A stretch of DNA of 64,000 nucleotides, from contig CP016211.1 of NCBI GenBank assembly GCA_001931535.1, positions 4,503,573-4,567,572 on the forward strand. The letters run 5' to 3'. Source of the stretch: Minicystis rosea. GTDB lineage: Bacteria; Myxococcota_A; Polyangia; Polyangiales; Polyangiaceae. Positions within the stretch are counted from its first letter, which is position 1, and each line of letters opens with the position of its first letter. The notes under the pieces were generated by a model. That model was not told the DNA's origin. It saw nothing but the letters and a program-made list of their open reading frames with translations, and searched no databases. The position numbers and the translations under genes were made by a program. This document shows positions 1 to 10,657 of this stretch, piece after piece.

Positions 1-3000
1 ATGGCGCTCAGCGTCGATCTCGGCGACGCGGGCGCAGGCGCGAGCATCGCGACGCTGGCCGATGCGGTGATCGAGGACGGCGGGCGCCTCGTGACGATGC
101 GGCGGAGCGGGTACACGCCGCGGGCGGACTTCCAGCTCGAGGCCGAGATCCGGCGGCAAGCGGTGCCGCTGCGGTTGTCGCGGTTCTCGGCCGGGCACGA
201 TCTCGCGGACTACGTGATGGCGCGGTACACGCCCGACGTCGATTGGGCCGCGCTCAAGGAGCAGCCCGGCGATCTGGTGGTGGTGGTCGACACGTCGGCT
301 TCCGCGGACGATGCGGCGCGCGCGCAGAAGACCGCGGCGACCGAGGCCGTGCTGCGGGCGCTGTCGCCGCAGGATCATTTCGCGCTGGTGGCGCTCGATA
401 CCGCGCCGGCGGTGCTCCATCCGAAGGAGGGGCTGGCCGAGGCGTCCGACAAGGAGATCGCCGTCGCGCTGGAGCGGCTCGCGGAGCATCGGAGCGGCGG
501 CGCGACCGACTTGGGCGCGGTCTTCGACGTGGCCCTCGGGCGCGTGCACGGCAAGGATCAGCCGGCGGTGATTTACATCGGCGATGGGCTGCCGACGTCG
601 GGTGAGATCGCGGGCGAGAAGCTGATCGAGCGGCTCCGGCGATCGCTGTCGACGTCGCGCGCGCGCTTCTTCGGCGTGGCCGTCGGCGCGGACGCGAACC
701 ACGCGCTGCTCCGCGAGCTGTCGCGCGCGGGCGGCGGGCAGATGTTCCGCATCGACGACAACGAGGGCGCCTCCGCGGAGGTGCTCCGGCTCGCGAGCGC
801 GGTGAAGACGCCGACGATCACCGACTTGAGCATCGATCTCGGTGCCGGCCTCGACGAGCCGATGATCACGGCGACCGGCAAGGTCTCGCGCGGCGAGGAC
901 GTGGTGCTCCTGGCGCGCACGCATCACGTGCTACCGGAGCGGGCGGTCGTGAAGGGGCGGCTCGGCGGGCGAGAGTTCGAGAAGGTCTATCCGCTGGTGA
1001 GCGAGCCGGGGGTGGGCGCTTCGCTGGTGCCGCGGCTCTGGGCCGCGGAGAAGATTCGCCGGCTGCTCGGGCAAGCGGCGGATCCGGATGATCAACGCGG
1101 CAAGATCGTGGAGCTCGGGATCGATTACGGGCTCGTGACGCCCTTCACCAGCATCCTCGCGCTGGAGAGCGAGCAGGCGTACGCGCAGCAAGGCATCCGC
1201 CGGCGACGATCGTCGCTCCGCGGGGTGAAGCTCTCCGCGCTCACGCCGGCGGAGGAGCGCCGCGTGGTGGATCGGATGACGCCGCCGTCGCCCGTGGTCG
1301 CGATGGGGTGCTCGATGGAGAAGGCGCCGGCCGCGGAAGAGCGCGCCGCCGCGCCGGCGCAACAACCGATCGCGGCGGCGACGGCCGCAGCGACGGCGAT
1401 GGCGGCTCCACCGGACGAAGCGCAGAGCAACCGCGAGCAGGCTCCGGAAAAGGCCAAGCGGGATGAAGCGCCGGCCGACGACAAGCCGGCATTGGCGAGC
1501 ACGCCGAGAGTCGAGGCCCTCGCGCCCGCGAGCCCGGCGGGCGGCGCGCGGCCTCCGGCTCGAAAGATGGCGCCGACGCCGCAGATGCCGGTGCCCGAGC
1601 CCGCGGTGGCCGATGCGAAGACGATGAATCGGCCGAGCGCGCCGGCCTCACCGCCTCCACCTCCGCCGCCCCTGCAGGCGCTGAATGGGAAGAAGATCGA
1701 GGTCGACCTCGAAGCTCGACCCAAGGCGCCTCCGCCGCCGAAGCCGATTCCGCGGGCGCAGTGCAGCGACAGCTCCAAGCGGCCGCTCGCGGAGCGCATC
1801 GTGATTTGGCGTGGCCGCCTCAAGCGCGCGGCGAGCGCGCCGCAGCTCCTCACGCAATACGAGAACGCGCTGTCCACGTGCGAGCTCGACTCGTTCCGCG
1901 CGAAGGCGGCCATGGTCCAGCTCATTCAAGGCAAGGTGCGCACGGAGGGCGCCGCGGAGATCCTGCTCGCGCGCTTCGCGGGCGAGCGCGAGATGCAGAA
2001 GCTCATCGCGCAGTCGATCCTGCGGCGTACCGTCGACGCGCGCATCGTGGCCGTCGTGCGGCGCGCGCTCTTCGAGGACAAGGTGAAGTGGGCCGAGATC
2101 GACGGCGAGCTCGCGCTGCTCGCGACGCCCGAGGATCGCGTGGCCAAGCTGCGCCAACTGGAGATCTCGTATCCCGACGATCCCGAGGTCCAGATGCGGC
2201 TCGTGCGCGCGCTCGCCGAGGCCAAGCAAAAGGACGAGGCCCTCGCGCTCGGGCGACGGATGCAGGGCCGCGGGCTGATGAGCCCGGCGCTCTCGCTCAC
2301 GCTCGGCGACGTGCTGGCCGAGAGCGGCGAGACCGACGAAGCGGTGCGGACCTATTCCGAGATCGTCGAGTTCGATCCATCGAGCGCCGACTCGCGGCGG
2401 CTCCTCGGCGACGTGTACCTTCGCCACGGCTGGTATCCCGCGGCCTATCGCCAATACAAGACGCTCACCGATGTCGCGGCCGCGGATCCCACGAGCTTCC
2501 TGCGCCTCGCCGCCGCCGCGGCGGGGAGCGGGCGCGTGGACGAAGCGCTGCGTTTGGAGCGGCAGGTGGCGACCGCTGAAGGCACACCGGGTCCGAATGA
2601 TCCGCGGGCCTGGGCGCGCATGCTCTCGGCGGCGCGACTCGGCCGGCTCCTCGCCGACACGAGCGCGCCCGCGAGCCAAGCCGAGAGCGTGTCGCGCAAG
2701 CTGAAGGAGCTCGGCGTGCTGAGCGGGCCGGCCACGCTGGTGATCGTGACGTGGGAGGACTACGCCGCCGCGCTCTCGCTCGCAGCGCTCGACGGCACCA
2801 AGGAGACGCCGATCGGTGAGGCCACCACGGCGCTGCCCATGGGGCTCGTGGCGGTGATCGTTCCGACGGCGGAGGCGGAGCGCTTGCGCTGGGCGGTGCG
2901 TTGGCGCAGTGATGCGCCGGGCCGCGACGTCGCGTTCACGCGCCACACGATCACGTGGGATGGGAAGGCGTTCGCGGTAAAGGTGCAGGCCGGAAAGATC

Positions 3001-3030
3001 GCAGCGAAGGAAAAGGAGAGTCTGCTGTGA
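1..3030 (+). CDS. VIT/vWA-domain protein with Pro-rich linker and C-terminal TPR repeats (possibly 5'-truncated at window edge)
   Basis: ORF 1..3030. 'VVVVDTSASADD' is a vWA/MIDAS-like start, 'VTPFTSILALESEQAY' is the typical VIT-vWA family C-terminal motif, followed by a P/A-rich low-complexity stretch and TPR-like helices. High GC3 codon bias. The ORF begins at base 1, so the true start may lie upstream. Confidence 0.6.
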   Translation: MALSVDLGDAGAGASIATLADAVIEDGGRLVTMRRSGYTPRADFQLEAEIRRQAVPLRLSRFSAGHDLADYVMARYTPDVDWAALKEQPGDLVVVVDTSASADDAARAQKTAATEAVLRALSPQDHFALVALDTAPAVLHPKEGLAEASDKEIAVALERLAEHRSGGATDLGAVFDVALGRVHGKDQPAVIYIGDGLPTSGEIAGEKLIERLRRSLSTSRARFFGVAVGADANHALLRELSRAGGGQMFRIDDNEGASAEVLRLASAVKTPTITDLSIDLGAGLDEPMITATGKVSRGEDVVLLARTHHVLPERAVVKGRLGGREFEKVYPLVSEPGVGASLVPRLWAAEKIRRLLGQAADPDDQRGKIVELGIDYGLVTPFTSILALESEQAYAQQGIRRRRSSLRGVKLSALTPAEERRVVDRMTPPSPVVAMGCSMEKAPAAEERAAAPAQQPIAAATAAATAMAAPPDEAQSNREQAPEKAKRDEAPADDKPALASTPRVEALAPASPAGGARPPARKMAPTPQMPVPEPAVADAKTMNRPSAPASPPPPPPPLQALNGKKIEVDLEARPKAPPPPKPIPRAQCSDSSKRPLAERIVIWRGRLKRAASAPQLLTQYENALSTCELDSFRAKAAMVQLIQGKVRTEGAAEILLARFAGEREMQKLIAQSILRRTVDARIVAVVRRALFEDKVKWAEIDGELALLATPEDRVAKLRQLEISYPDDPEVQMRLVRALAEAKQKDEALALGRRMQGRGLMSPALSLTLGDVLAESGETDEAVRTYSEIVEFDPSSADSRRLLGDVYLRHGWYPAAYRQYKTLTDVAAADPTSFLRLAAAAAGSGRVDEALRLERQVATAEGTPGPNDPRAWARMLSAARLGRLLADTSAPASQAESVSRKLKELGVLSGPATLVIVTWEDYAAALSLAALDGTKETPIGEATTALPMGLVAVIVPTAEAERLRWAVRWRSDAPGRDVAFTRHTITWDGKAFAVKVQAGKIAAKEKESLL

Positions 3031-3398
3031 GTCGCGCGGCGCTGCGATCGTCGCCGTGACGATGGGATGACTCACCCAACAGTGCGCGCCGTCGTTCGTC
3101 GCGACGGCGCGCGCCCACGACACCTCGCGCTACGGCGCATGCCATTCGCCCGACAGCTCGCACGCCGACTGATGCTCGGTCGAGCCCGCTCGATGCGCGC
3201 GGCACGCGCCATTCATCGAACACGGCCTCGCGACAATCCAGCATCGGTCTCGCGCAACGATGCCGCGCGCCGCGCAAACCGTGCGTCTCCCTTCCCCCTC
3301 GGCGATGCGCGAGGCACCGCACATCACGCGGCTGTGCGCCTCGAGCTGCTCGTGGCATACCGGCTGCACGCGCTCCACCGCGCCTTGCTTCGCCTACC

Positions 3399-6182
3399 GT
3401 GAGCGATCCCTCCCAAGACCTCGCCGCCGCGCCCCGAGACGTGGTCCCCGCTGCCTCGCGCTTCGTGCGCTGGGGCTATGCGCTGATCGGCGTCGCGTTG
3501 TTCCTCGCGTACCTGCCCACGCTCGCGCCCGGAGCGACGTTCTCCGATGGGCCCGAGCTGGTGTCGGCCATCCGCGCGCTCGGCGTCGGGCATCCCACGG
3601 GCTATCCGATCTTCATCCTCGTCGGCCACGCGTTCGCGGCGCTGTGGCCGCGATCGGTGCCGTACATCGTTCGCATCGAGATCATGAATGCGCTGTGCGG
3701 CGCCGCCGGGGCCGTCTTCGCGGCGCACACGACGCGCATGGTGACGCGCCTCGCGCAGCGGCCCGACGACGATCCGCGCGCCGCCGACGCCGCGGCGGCC
3801 GCGACCGCGATCCTGCTCGGCGTCGCGCCCATGCTGTGGGGGCAGCTCCACATCCCCGAGGTCTATGCGCTCCACTTCTTCCTGGTCACGTGGGCCGGGT
3901 ACCTGTGGATGCGCTTCGAGGTCACGCGCCGAGAGCGCTACGTGGTGGCCGCGGCGCTGCCGATGGGGCTCGGCCTCGCGCACCACGTGACCATGGTCTA
4001 CATGCTGCCGGCGGCGCTCATCTACCTGCTCGCGCGCCGGCCCACGTTCTTCACGGCGTGGATCACGACGCCCATCCAACGCTTCATTCGCCTGCTCAAA
4101 CCGAGCTTCCGCGAAGGGAAAGTGTTCGCGCCTTGGTGGGGCTTCCCGGCGGCGTGCCTCGTCGGGTTCCTGCCGCTCCTCAGCTACGCGTACCTCATCT
4201 GGGCCAACAACCACTCGGCCGGGGTCCCGTGGGGTGACGTCAACGGTTGGGACAACCTCTACAACCACTTCACCGGCAAGCAGTACCAAGGCTTCATGCG
4301 CAAGCTCGATTGGGCTGCGCATTGGGCACGCATCAAGGTCGTTCCCGACATCTTCGATCAGCAGTTCCTCCCGGCGGGCACGGTGCTCTTCCTCGCGGGC
4401 CTCGTGGTCACGTTCCGGCGCGCGCTGCGGCCGGCGCTGTTCTTCTTCGCGTTCCTGCTCTTCAACACCGCGCACGGCGTGCACTACGCGGTGGGCGATT
4501 ACGGCACGTATTACATCCCCGGCCTCTATGCCTGCGCGGTCCTCATGGGCCCCGGTCTCGCGTGGATGCTCCGCGTCGCTCGCACACGACGGCCGGAGAG
4601 CCGCACGCCCGTGGCGCTCGCCCTCACCTTCGCGACCTTGACCATCACGGCGATCACCATCGCCGTCTACGGCCGCTTCACCAAGCGCTTGCCCGGTCCT
4701 TTCGGCGCACATTCCAAGGGCATCGCGATCACGCTCGGGGTCGTCGCAGCGACAGCGCTGGTCGGCGCCGTCGTGCTCTATCGAAAGCGGCATGCGCTCC
4801 GCGCGGCGCCCGCGTGGGTGCTGCCGGCGCTCCTCGGCGCGGCGGTGCTCGTGCCGACGGCGAGCGCGGCGGTGGCGCGCGGCACCGACATCGCCGGCGA
4901 AGCGACCATCGGCGAGAGCTACGCACGCGAGCTCGGGGAGCGCATCCCGCGGGGATCGATCCTGCTCACGCAGGGCGACGGGTACCTGTTCTCGATGTGG
5001 TACGCGAGCCACGTCCTCGATCTGGGGCGCGACTTCGTCACGCTCGACATCGCCAACGTCCGCACGGGCTGGTTCTCGCGCTACATCCGCACGCATCATC
5101 CTTTGAGCTGCGATCCGCTCGGCCCCGAGGCGCTGCGCGATCCCGCCGCGTGGGCGGCCCGCTGCGGCACGTTCGAGGATCGGATGAAGCTCGGCGATCG
5201 CGAGACGTGGATCTCGCTCGACCTCGCGGGCAACCGCCGCCCCTTCCCCGGCCTCGCCGGGCCCGACGTCACGCCCGCGCGCGGCGCCGATCCACGCTGC
5301 GCCGAGCGCGCCTTCCTCGACACGCACGGCAGCAAGGAGTGCCGCTGCTGGGGCTACGGCAAGCGCGCCGCGGGCCAGGAGGGCATGCTCGAAGAAGACT
5401 GCGTGCCGAGCGCGGAGGAGCACGGCGTCGTCCCGCGCGAGCCGGTGGAGATCTTCCTGCAACGCGTGCTCGAGGACTACCTCGACGAGCGCCCCGTGTT
5501 CGAGCGCAACGTGCTCTCGCGCTGGGACGGCGTGCGCGACAACCCCCGTGGCTGGGATGGCCCGTCGTATCAACGCGTCTCGGCGACCTATGCGACGGTG
5601 AACCGCGGGCGCATGAACCAGCTCGTGTGGGCGGAGGACGTGGACGGCTTCGATCCCTGCGCCGGCGAGACGCTGCGCGAGATCCCGATTCGCGCGTCGG
5701 GCAAGCCCCGCGCGACGCCGCGCGGACAGGACCGGCGGCGCGCCTATCGGCCCAATGAGCGGCCCATGCTCATCAGCTCGAGCTGGCTGATGCGAGCGCC
5801 CAAGGCGCGCGAGGATCAGTCGACCCGCACGTTCGGCGCGGGCGAGGCGGTCCTCGCGCACGTGGACTGGTTCGAGAAGTTTCGCTGGGACGCGGCCAAG
5901 GCGGATCGGCGCGGCCCCGCCATCCACCACGCGGTGCGCTTCTGCGTCTTCGGTCCGGACGGGCGGAAGGTGGCCACGCAGCTCATGAAATCCGGCCCGT
6001 CGCAACACGATCCGGTGCCCCTCTTGCCGGCCGGGCCGCACGCGCCGGGGCGCTTTCGGGTGCAGGCCTGCGACGCAGGCGAGATCGGCACGGCTCCGCT
6101 CGCGACGGCCGAGGGGCGCGCCTGCCAGCGGCCGCTGCTCGACTACGACTTCACCGTCGAGAGCGCACCGGCGACGAAGTGA
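3399..6182 (+). CDS. DUF2723 (TMEM260/GT39-like) polytopic membrane protein, putative glycosyl(mannosyl)transferase
   Basis: ORF 3399..6182 (GTG start). N-terminus 'FLAYLPTLAPGATFSDGPELVSAIRALGVGHPTGYPIF' matches the DUF2723 signature (GV.HPPGYP). Many TM helices and a large C-terminal soluble region. Confidence 0.6.
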   Translation: MSDPSQDLAAAPRDVVPAASRFVRWGYALIGVALFLAYLPTLAPGATFSDGPELVSAIRALGVGHPTGYPIFILVGHAFAALWPRSVPYIVRIEIMNALCGAAGAVFAAHTTRMVTRLAQRPDDDPRAADAAAAATAILLGVAPMLWGQLHIPEVYALHFFLVTWAGYLWMRFEVTRRERYVVAAALPMGLGLAHHVTMVYMLPAALIYLLARRPTFFTAWITTPIQRFIRLLKPSFREGKVFAPWWGFPAACLVGFLPLLSYAYLIWANNHSAGVPWGDVNGWDNLYNHFTGKQYQGFMRKLDWAAHWARIKVVPDIFDQQFLPAGTVLFLAGLVVTFRRALRPALFFFAFLLFNTAHGVHYAVGDYGTYYIPGLYACAVLMGPGLAWMLRVARTRRPESRTPVALALTFATLTITAITIAVYGRFTKRLPGPFGAHSKGIAITLGVVAATALVGAVVLYRKRHALRAAPAWVLPALLGAAVLVPTASAAVARGTDIAGEATIGESYARELGERIPRGSILLTQGDGYLFSMWYASHVLDLGRDFVTLDIANVRTGWFSRYIRTHHPLSCDPLGPEALRDPAAWAARCGTFEDRMKLGDRETWISLDLAGNRRPFPGLAGPDVTPARGADPRCAERAFLDTHGSKECRCWGYGKRAAGQEGMLEEDCVPSAEEHGVVPREPVEIFLQRVLEDYLDERPVFERNVLSRWDGVRDNPRGWDGPSYQRVSATYATVNRGRMNQLVWAEDVDGFDPCAGETLREIPIRASGKPRATPRGQDRRRAYRPNERPMLISSSWLMRAPKAREDQSTRTFGAGEAVLAHVDWFEKFRWDAAKADRRGPAIHHAVRFCVFGPDGRKVATQLMKSGPSQHDPVPLLPAGPHAPGRFRVQACDAGEIGTAPLATAEGRACQRPLLDYDFTVESAPATK

Positions 6183-6226
6183 CGGAAGCTGGTGCGCCGC
6201 GGCGCGGCCTCGGGTAACCCTTGGTC

Positions 6227-7483
6227 ATGGTGGAGGTCTGGCTCTTCGGCCGGCTCCTCGCGGCGCTGTCTTCGGCGTTCGCGCTGGTGCTGGTGATCGT
6301 CGCGCTGACATCGATCACCTACTTGGCCGTGACCCTGGCCCCGGCGCTGCGCCTGCCCATCCACGCGTCGCTCGGCGAGCATGGGTCGGAGCGCGCGGCC
6401 CGTTGGATCGGGATCTCCGCGGCGGTCGCGACCATGGTCGTCGCCGCGATGGGCCTCCGCGTGGGGGCGCCCGGCGCCGGCGGGGAGCTCGTGCCGACCA
6501 TCTCCACGGCGGTGGCGCTCGCGACCGCGCTCGGCGCCTCGAGCGCGTTCCTGATGTTCGGCGGCGCGCGGGCCGCGCTCGTCCTGGGGGGCGCGCGCGT
6601 GCGCCGCAGCCACGCGCTCGAAGGCCGGCGGCAAGGCGAAGCGAAGCGCTTGGCCGAGACGCGGCGCGCCTTCCTCGACGGCGACGATCTGCGCGCCCAG
6701 CTCGCCGCCGCCGACGCCGCGGTCGGCCGCCTGCGCGCGGCGCTCACCAACCTCGAAGCGACGCGCGCCGAGGTCGAGTCGCGCCTCGCCCGGCTCGACG
6801 ACGCGGCGCTCGAAGGCGATCTCGGGGTCGAGCTCCGGCGCGCCCGTGACGAGGTGACGACCAAGCTCGAGCTGGGCGGCAAGATCCTCCATGCCGCGGA
6901 GACGGCTGCCTTTCGCATCGCGACCAGCGCGCCGCTCGCTCGCCTCCTGCGGCAGCGCCCGCGTCACGTGGCGCAGACCCTCACGGGCGCCGAGCCCGCG
7001 GCGCTGCCGGAGAGCCTCGCCGAAGCCGCCGCCGGCATCGACGGCTTCCTCACCCGCGCCGCGGATGCGCGCGCCGAGCTCGAGGCGCTCGCGACACGGC
7101 GCGGCTCCGGTCCGATCGACGACGACGATCCGCTGCAACAAGCGCTGCGCGACGTCGACGCCGTGGAGGAGGCCTATCGCGCGGTGCGCGAGCGGCTCGA
7201 CGTGGTGCGCATGCGGGTGACGGCGCGCGCCGATCTCGACGCCGTCGCCAGCGCGGCCGGCGAGGTCTCCGAGAAGGCCCGAGCTTCCGGCTTGCCCGCG
7301 AGCGAGCTGCAGGATCTCGTGGACGAGGTGATGCGCGCCGAGTCGGCGATCCTCATGGCCACCCCCGCGGACCTCGATCCCAAGGCGCTGGCCGCCACGC
7401 TCTCGCGCGGCACGGCCGCGCTCGGCGCCCACGACGGGGCCTCGCTCGACGAGCTCCTCCGCGCGCTCCGCGAGCTCACCTGA
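6227..7483 (+). CDS. hypothetical membrane protein with long coiled-coil region
   Basis: ORF 6221..7483 with the first ATG at 6227. Two or three N-terminal TM helices then a heptad-rich A/L/E/R segment. Strong GC3 bias in this frame. The overlapping minus ORF 6143..7492 is an R/G-rich shadow. Confidence 0.45.
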   Translation: MVEVWLFGRLLAALSSAFALVLVIVALTSITYLAVTLAPALRLPIHASLGEHGSERAARWIGISAAVATMVVAAMGLRVGAPGAGGELVPTISTAVALATALGASSAFLMFGGARAALVLGGARVRRSHALEGRRQGEAKRLAETRRAFLDGDDLRAQLAAADAAVGRLRAALTNLEATRAEVESRLARLDDAALEGDLGVELRRARDEVTTKLELGGKILHAAETAAFRIATSAPLARLLRQRPRHVAQTLTGAEPAALPESLAEAAAGIDGFLTRAADARAELEALATRRGSGPIDDDDPLQQALRDVDAVEEAYRAVRERLDVVRMRVTARADLDAVASAAGEVSEKARASGLPASELQDLVDEVMRAESAILMATPADLDPKALAATLSRGTAALGAHDGASLDELLRALRELT

Positions 7484-7546
7484 TCGATCCACCCACCAAG
7501 CTGAAGGCGCCGGGCCACCACGGCCGGGCGCCCTCGACCACGCGCG

Positions 7547-8941
7547 TCACTGCAAGCGGATGACGCAGTCGTACTTGCCGTGCTTCGCGTCGAAGTAGTC
7601 CGACGCGAAGACCTTCACGAAGTACGTGCCCGCCTTGCTGATGGCCTCGCTCGACAGCACGTCGAGGTAGCCTTGATCGTCGCTCGGCCCGACCAGCGAG
7701 TTGCCCTGATCGTCGAAGATCTCGATCACGGTGTCGGTGAGCCGATCGAGCCCGGTCGTCTGCACGTAGATCTGCTTGCCGACGTCGGCCGCGGTCACGG
7801 TGACGGCGATCCAATCCGCGTCGGTGCCGCTCGAGAAGCTCGCGCCTTGGATGGCGTACGGCAGAGCGACCGCGCCGTTGGTCTCGGCGGCGGCCTGGCT
7901 GTCGTTGGGCTCCTTCTCGGCGCCGCCCTGCGCCGGCGTCTCCTTCACCTCGAGCCCGATGGAGTAGCCGTCGAGCCCGCCTTGATCGATCGCGACCGCG
8001 TAGATCACGTCGGTCGACGCGATCACCTGCGTGGTGCTCTCGCCCGCGGCGAACGCGTCCGCGAACTTGCCGCTCTTCGGGAGGAAGTAGGCGCCGGGCG
8101 TGGCGTCGGGGTGCGTCCCCGTCGCGGTGAGGTCGACGATGTTGAGCGTCGCGCTCGACGGCGTGTACGCGAAGAGCGCGCTGTCCCCCGGGCTCGCGAG
8201 CATCTCGGTCGCCGCGGCGCTCGGCGTCACGGCCTTGGGCGCGCGCGCCTTGATGGCGAACGCCCCGGGGTACGGATACGCGAGCGTGTCGCCCTCGGGC
8301 CCGCTCGTGAGGTTCACGTCCACGGAGGCGGCGGGCGCGTCGACGTCGACGAGCAGCGTGTAGTCGACGACGTAGTCGGCCACGTTGTCCACCGACGCCG
8401 CGGCGCCCGCGGGCGAATCGACGCTGACGTTGGTGAACTCGAGCGGCGTGAAGAAGCCGTCGCCGGTCGAGGTCGTGTCGAACGGCGTCTCGAAATCGAG
8501 GCCGCGCGCGTGCACCGTGACCACGCTGCCCTGCGCGAGCGAGCCGCGCGTGGTGATCTTCACCGGCGCCTCCACCGCGAACGCGCCCGTGAAGCTCGTG
8601 GTGACGCTGCCTTCGCGCACGGTCACGTCGCGGCGGCCGAGCGCGGCCTTGGGCGCCACGGTGATGGTCGCGACGAGCGCGCTCGGGCTCGCGACCACGA
8701 GGTCGTCGACCGTGATGTCCGGCCCGAAGTCGACGGTCGCGCCCTTCGTCCAGCTCGTGCCCGTGCCGCTGATGGTCACATCCATCGTGCGAGCGAGGAA
8801 CGCCGAGGTCGGCGTCACCGCGCTGACGCTGGGATCGCCCGCGCCCGGCTCACCCTTCTCGCCCTGCGGGCCCGTGCAGGCCGCGAGCGCAATGCTGGCA
8901 AGCGTCATTCCCCATGTGAAACGCGATCCGATTCGCTTCAT
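7547..8941 (-). CDS. secreted lipoprotein with C-terminal pre-peptidase (PPC)-like domain
   Basis: Internal start MKRIGSRFTWGMTLASIALAAC (lipobox LAAC) inside ORF 7547..10591, with a GGAGG RBS about 9 nt upstream. C-terminus 'DADWIAVTV...TYFVKVFASDYFD...KYDCVIRL' resembles a bacterial PPC domain. The upstream part of the long ORF is antisense to kamD and rejected. Confidence 0.55.
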   Translation of the reverse strand: MKRIGSRFTWGMTLASIALAACTGPQGEKGEPGAGDPSVSAVTPTSAFLARTMDVTISGTGTSWTKGATVDFGPDITVDDLVVASPSALVATITVAPKAALGRRDVTVREGSVTTSFTGAFAVEAPVKITTRGSLAQGSVVTVHARGLDFETPFDTTSTGDGFFTPLEFTNVSVDSPAGAAASVDNVADYVVDYTLLVDVDAPAASVDVNLTSGPEGDTLAYPYPGAFAIKARAPKAVTPSAAATEMLASPGDSALFAYTPSSATLNIVDLTATGTHPDATPGAYFLPKSGKFADAFAAGESTTQVIASTDVIYAVAIDQGGLDGYSIGLEVKETPAQGGAEKEPNDSQAAAETNGAVALPYAIQGASFSSGTDADWIAVTVTAADVGKQIYVQTTGLDRLTDTVIEIFDDQGNSLVGPSDDQGYLDVLSSEAISKAGTYFVKVFASDYFDAKHGKYDCVIRLQ

Positions 8942-9079
8942 CGCCAAGCTCCTCTGTTTTCCGAGAGCCCCCCGGCTCCCCCCTTTGGCGATTAGCGAAC
9001 CGCGCCTTTCGCGGTCAACGAAAAGCCGATCGGTCCAGCCTGGTTGACGGCCCCCGTCCCCACCCGCTAGAGCCGCTCC

Positions 9080-10636
9080 ATGGCCCAGGTCCCCGTCGAT
9101 CCCGCCGCCGTCGAAGCCTGCCGCGCCTCCGCGGCCGACATCGCCGACGAGGTGCAGCGCTTCATCGATCGCCACACCACCGTGGGCGTGGAGCGCACCG
9201 TGGCCCGCTCGTACGGCGTCACCGGCGCCGACGGCGAAGGCACGCCGCTCTGCAACACGCTGGTCGATCGCCTGCACGAGAAGGGCTTCACCGGCCGCGG
9301 CGTCGCCTACTTCCTCGGCCGCGCGCTCCTCGACGGCGCCGCCGACGTGCAGGAGGCCGCCGAGTCGATCGCCTGGGGCGAAGGCTCGCTCGACGGCGAT
9401 CCCGCGTCGTGGCCCTCGGCCGCCGCAGCGCGCGGCGCCCTCGAGCGCGCCACGGAGGCCGCCATCGCCCGCATCGATCGCGCCCGGGACGATCGCATGG
9501 CCTTCAAAGCGCAGTTCCCCGCGGAGCCGACGCCGCTCAAGTACGTCATCGTCGCCACGGGCAACATCTACGACGACGCCGTACAGGCCAAGGCCGCGCG
9601 CTTCGCCGGCGCGGACATCGTCGCCGTCATCCGCGCGACGGCCCAGTCGCTCCTCGACTACGTGCCCGAGGGCGCGACCACCGAAGGCTACGGCGGCACC
9701 TTCGCCACGCAGGAGAACTTCAAGATCATCCGCACCGCCTGCGACGAGGCCACCCGCGAGACGGGCCGCTACTGCGCGCAGACCAACTACTCGTCCGGCC
9801 TGTGCATGAGCGAGATCGCCTGGATGGCGGCGGTCGAGCGGCTCGACATGCTCCTCAACGACGCGATGTACGGGATCCTCTTCCGCGACATCAACATGCG
9901 CCGCACCTTCGTCGATCAGTACTTCTCGCGGCGGATCATCGCGCGGAGCGGGATCGTCATCAACACGGGCGAGGACAACTACCTGACCACGGCCGACGCG
10001 GTCGAGCAGGCCCACACGGTGCTCGCCTCGCAGTTCATCAACGAGGCCTTCGCCAAGCGCGCCGGCCTCCGCGAGGAGCAGATGGGGCTCGGCCACGCGT
10101 TCGAGATCAACCCGTGGCTCGAGGACAGCTTCCTCTTCGAGATCGCGCAGGCCCAGCTCATCCGGCAGATCTTCGATCGCCACCCGATCAAGTGGATGCC
10201 GCCGACCAAGTTCAAGACGGGCGACATCCTCCACAGCCACGTGCACGACGCCATGTTCAACCTGGTCGGCGTCGCCACGAACCAATCGATCGAGCTCCTC
10301 GGCATGTTCAGCGAGGCCATCCACACGCCCCTCTTGATGGATCGGTACCTCTCGCTGAAGAGCGCGCGCTACGTCTTCGGAACGGCGCGCCACCTCGGCG
10401 AAGAGATCCACGCCTGGAAGCCGGGCGGCATCGTCGAGACCCGCGCCCGCGACGTGCTCGAGAAGGCGAAGGGTCTGCTCGAAGAGGTGCAGCGCGAGAC
10501 CATCTGGGACGCGATCGGCCGCGGCGCCTTCGCCGACGTGAAGCGCACGCGCACCGGCGGGAAGGGCGCCGCCGGCGTCGTCGAACGGCACCCCGAGTAC
10601 GTGAACCCGATCCTCGAAGCGCTCGAGCGCGGTTAG
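9080..10636 (+). CDS. kamD: D-lysine 5,6-aminomutase alpha subunit
   Basis: Near full-length collinear similarity to Clostridium KamD. Examples: 'YVIVATGNIYDDAVQAKAARFAGADIVAVIRATAQSLLDYVPEGATTEGYGGTFATQENF', 'LNDAMYGILFRDINMRRTFVDQ', 'INTGEDNYLTTADAVEQAHTVLASQFINEAFA', 'KWMPPTKFKTGDI', 'HDAMFNLVG'. Length 518 aa is as expected. Confidence 0.85.
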   Translation: MAQVPVDPAAVEACRASAADIADEVQRFIDRHTTVGVERTVARSYGVTGADGEGTPLCNTLVDRLHEKGFTGRGVAYFLGRALLDGAADVQEAAESIAWGEGSLDGDPASWPSAAAARGALERATEAAIARIDRARDDRMAFKAQFPAEPTPLKYVIVATGNIYDDAVQAKAARFAGADIVAVIRATAQSLLDYVPEGATTEGYGGTFATQENFKIIRTACDEATRETGRYCAQTNYSSGLCMSEIAWMAAVERLDMLLNDAMYGILFRDINMRRTFVDQYFSRRIIARSGIVINTGEDNYLTTADAVEQAHTVLASQFINEAFAKRAGLREEQMGLGHAFEINPWLEDSFLFEIAQAQLIRQIFDRHPIKWMPPTKFKTGDILHSHVHDAMFNLVGVATNQSIELLGMFSEAIHTPLLMDRYLSLKSARYVFGTARHLGEEIHAWKPGGIVETRARDVLEKAKGLLEEVQRETIWDAIGRGAFADVKRTRTGGKGAAGVVERHPEYVNPILEALERG

Positions 10637-10657
10637 TCACCGTCGAGCGCTTGCGAC

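Noticed and set aside
1125-3123. Minus-strand ORFs of 266 and 491 aa
   Set aside because: They are antisense to the vWA/TPR gene. Low-complexity Arg/Gly/Ala-rich translation.
3324-6041. 905-aa minus-strand ORF
   Set aside because: It is fully antisense to the conserved DUF2723 gene. The protein is R/G/A-rich low complexity, typical of a GC-driven shadow ORF.
6143-7492. 449-aa minus-strand ORF
   Set aside because: It is antisense to the membrane/coiled-coil gene, which has the proper GC3 bias. The product is Arg/Gly-rich low complexity.
7547-10591. Full 1014-aa reading of the minus ORF
   Set aside because: Only the C-terminal 464 codons (from MKRIGS plus RBS) look genuine. The remainder overlaps kamD antisense and lacks protein-like composition.
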